Virus genome (UHGV): UHGV-0350163
Direction: 5' to 3' (one strand)
Source: a virus
DNA length: 35,997 nt
Below the pieces are notes generated by a model that had not been told where the DNA came from, searched no databases, and worked only from the letters and a program-made list of their open reading frames with translations. This document shows positions 35,848 to 35,997 of the stretch, piece after piece (position 1 is the first letter of the stretch; the number at the start of each line of letters is the position of its first letter). The translations under genes were made by a program, and so were the position numbers.

Positions 35848-35997
35848 CTACCCCACATTTTGTGGTGCATTTTGTTGCTGTGCCAACAGTTCTGCAGCCA
35901 GTGCGACGGTTTTTTGCGGGGCAAACGGGCGTTCGCAACGGCTGCAACGTTGTAGATGGAACGTCGCGCGGGTATAGAGATCGGCTTTATTGGTGAC
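35848..35997 (-). CDS. Possible 3' end of a host gene interrupted by the prophage (partial)
   Basis: Minus-strand frame is open from the window edge to TAG at 35848-35850 (50 codons); no motif recognised; weak evidence. Confidence 0.2.
   Translation of the reverse strand, partial: VTNKADLYTRATFHLQRCSRCERPFAPQKTVALAAELLAQQQNAPQNVG

Larger units (their letters stand above)
112..35857 (-). mobile_element. Near-complete Mu-like transposable prophage (~35.7 kb); early region at window right, tail region at window left
   Basis: Mu-like gene order across the whole window (repressor, ner, A, B, early small ORFs, gemA, Mor/C activator, lysis, terminase, portal, F, G, I, T, sheath, tube, tape measure, N, P, baseplate, tail fiber), all minus strand except the repressor. 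CGCCCAGAAT motifs occur only near the two extremities. Ends uncertain by tens of bp. Confidence 0.8.

Noticed and set aside
35738-35977. Plus-strand 79-aa ORF at the right edge
   Set aside because: It spans the predicted prophage-host junction and the end-motif repeats, with no RBS; more likely noise than a gene.
1-35997. CRISPR arrays, tRNA/rRNA genes, tyrosine/serine integrase, toxin-antitoxin pairs
   Set aside because: No regularly spaced short repeats, no tRNA-like structures, and no integrase-like ORF seen; integration is explained by the DDE transposase.

Overview
The window is almost entirely one Mu-like transposable prophage (about 35.7 kb, roughly 112..35857), lying in reverse orientation, with short putative host flanks at both ends. 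All assignments below come from reading the six-frame translations and from synteny with phage Mu as I remember it; no database search was run and all family names are from memory. Reading right to left on the minus strand: a CI-type repressor (plus strand) facing ner, DDE transposase A and AAA+ ATPase B; a semi-essential early region of small ORFs; gemA, an AT-rich secreted moron and a Mor/C-family activator; a lysis cassette; a putative small terminase, an orphan beta-class DNA methyltransferase and the large terminase; portal, F, G, I, major head T; sheath, tube, chaperone, tape measure, N, P, baseplate proteins; and a terminal tail fiber with a C-terminal S74-type intramolecular chaperone domain. 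No Gin/G-segment, mom, integrase, tRNA, rRNA or CRISPR array was seen. The most interesting items are a 19-bp perfect direct repeat bracketing an inserted gene after B, the AT-rich secreted moron, a tandem pair of 58-aa basic paralogues leading into a secreted protein and an acidic protein, the orphan methyltransferase, CGCCCAGAAT motifs confined to both prophage ends, and several palindromes and hairpins at operon junctions. Start codons in the ORF track are often over-extended; where I chose an internal start it is stated.
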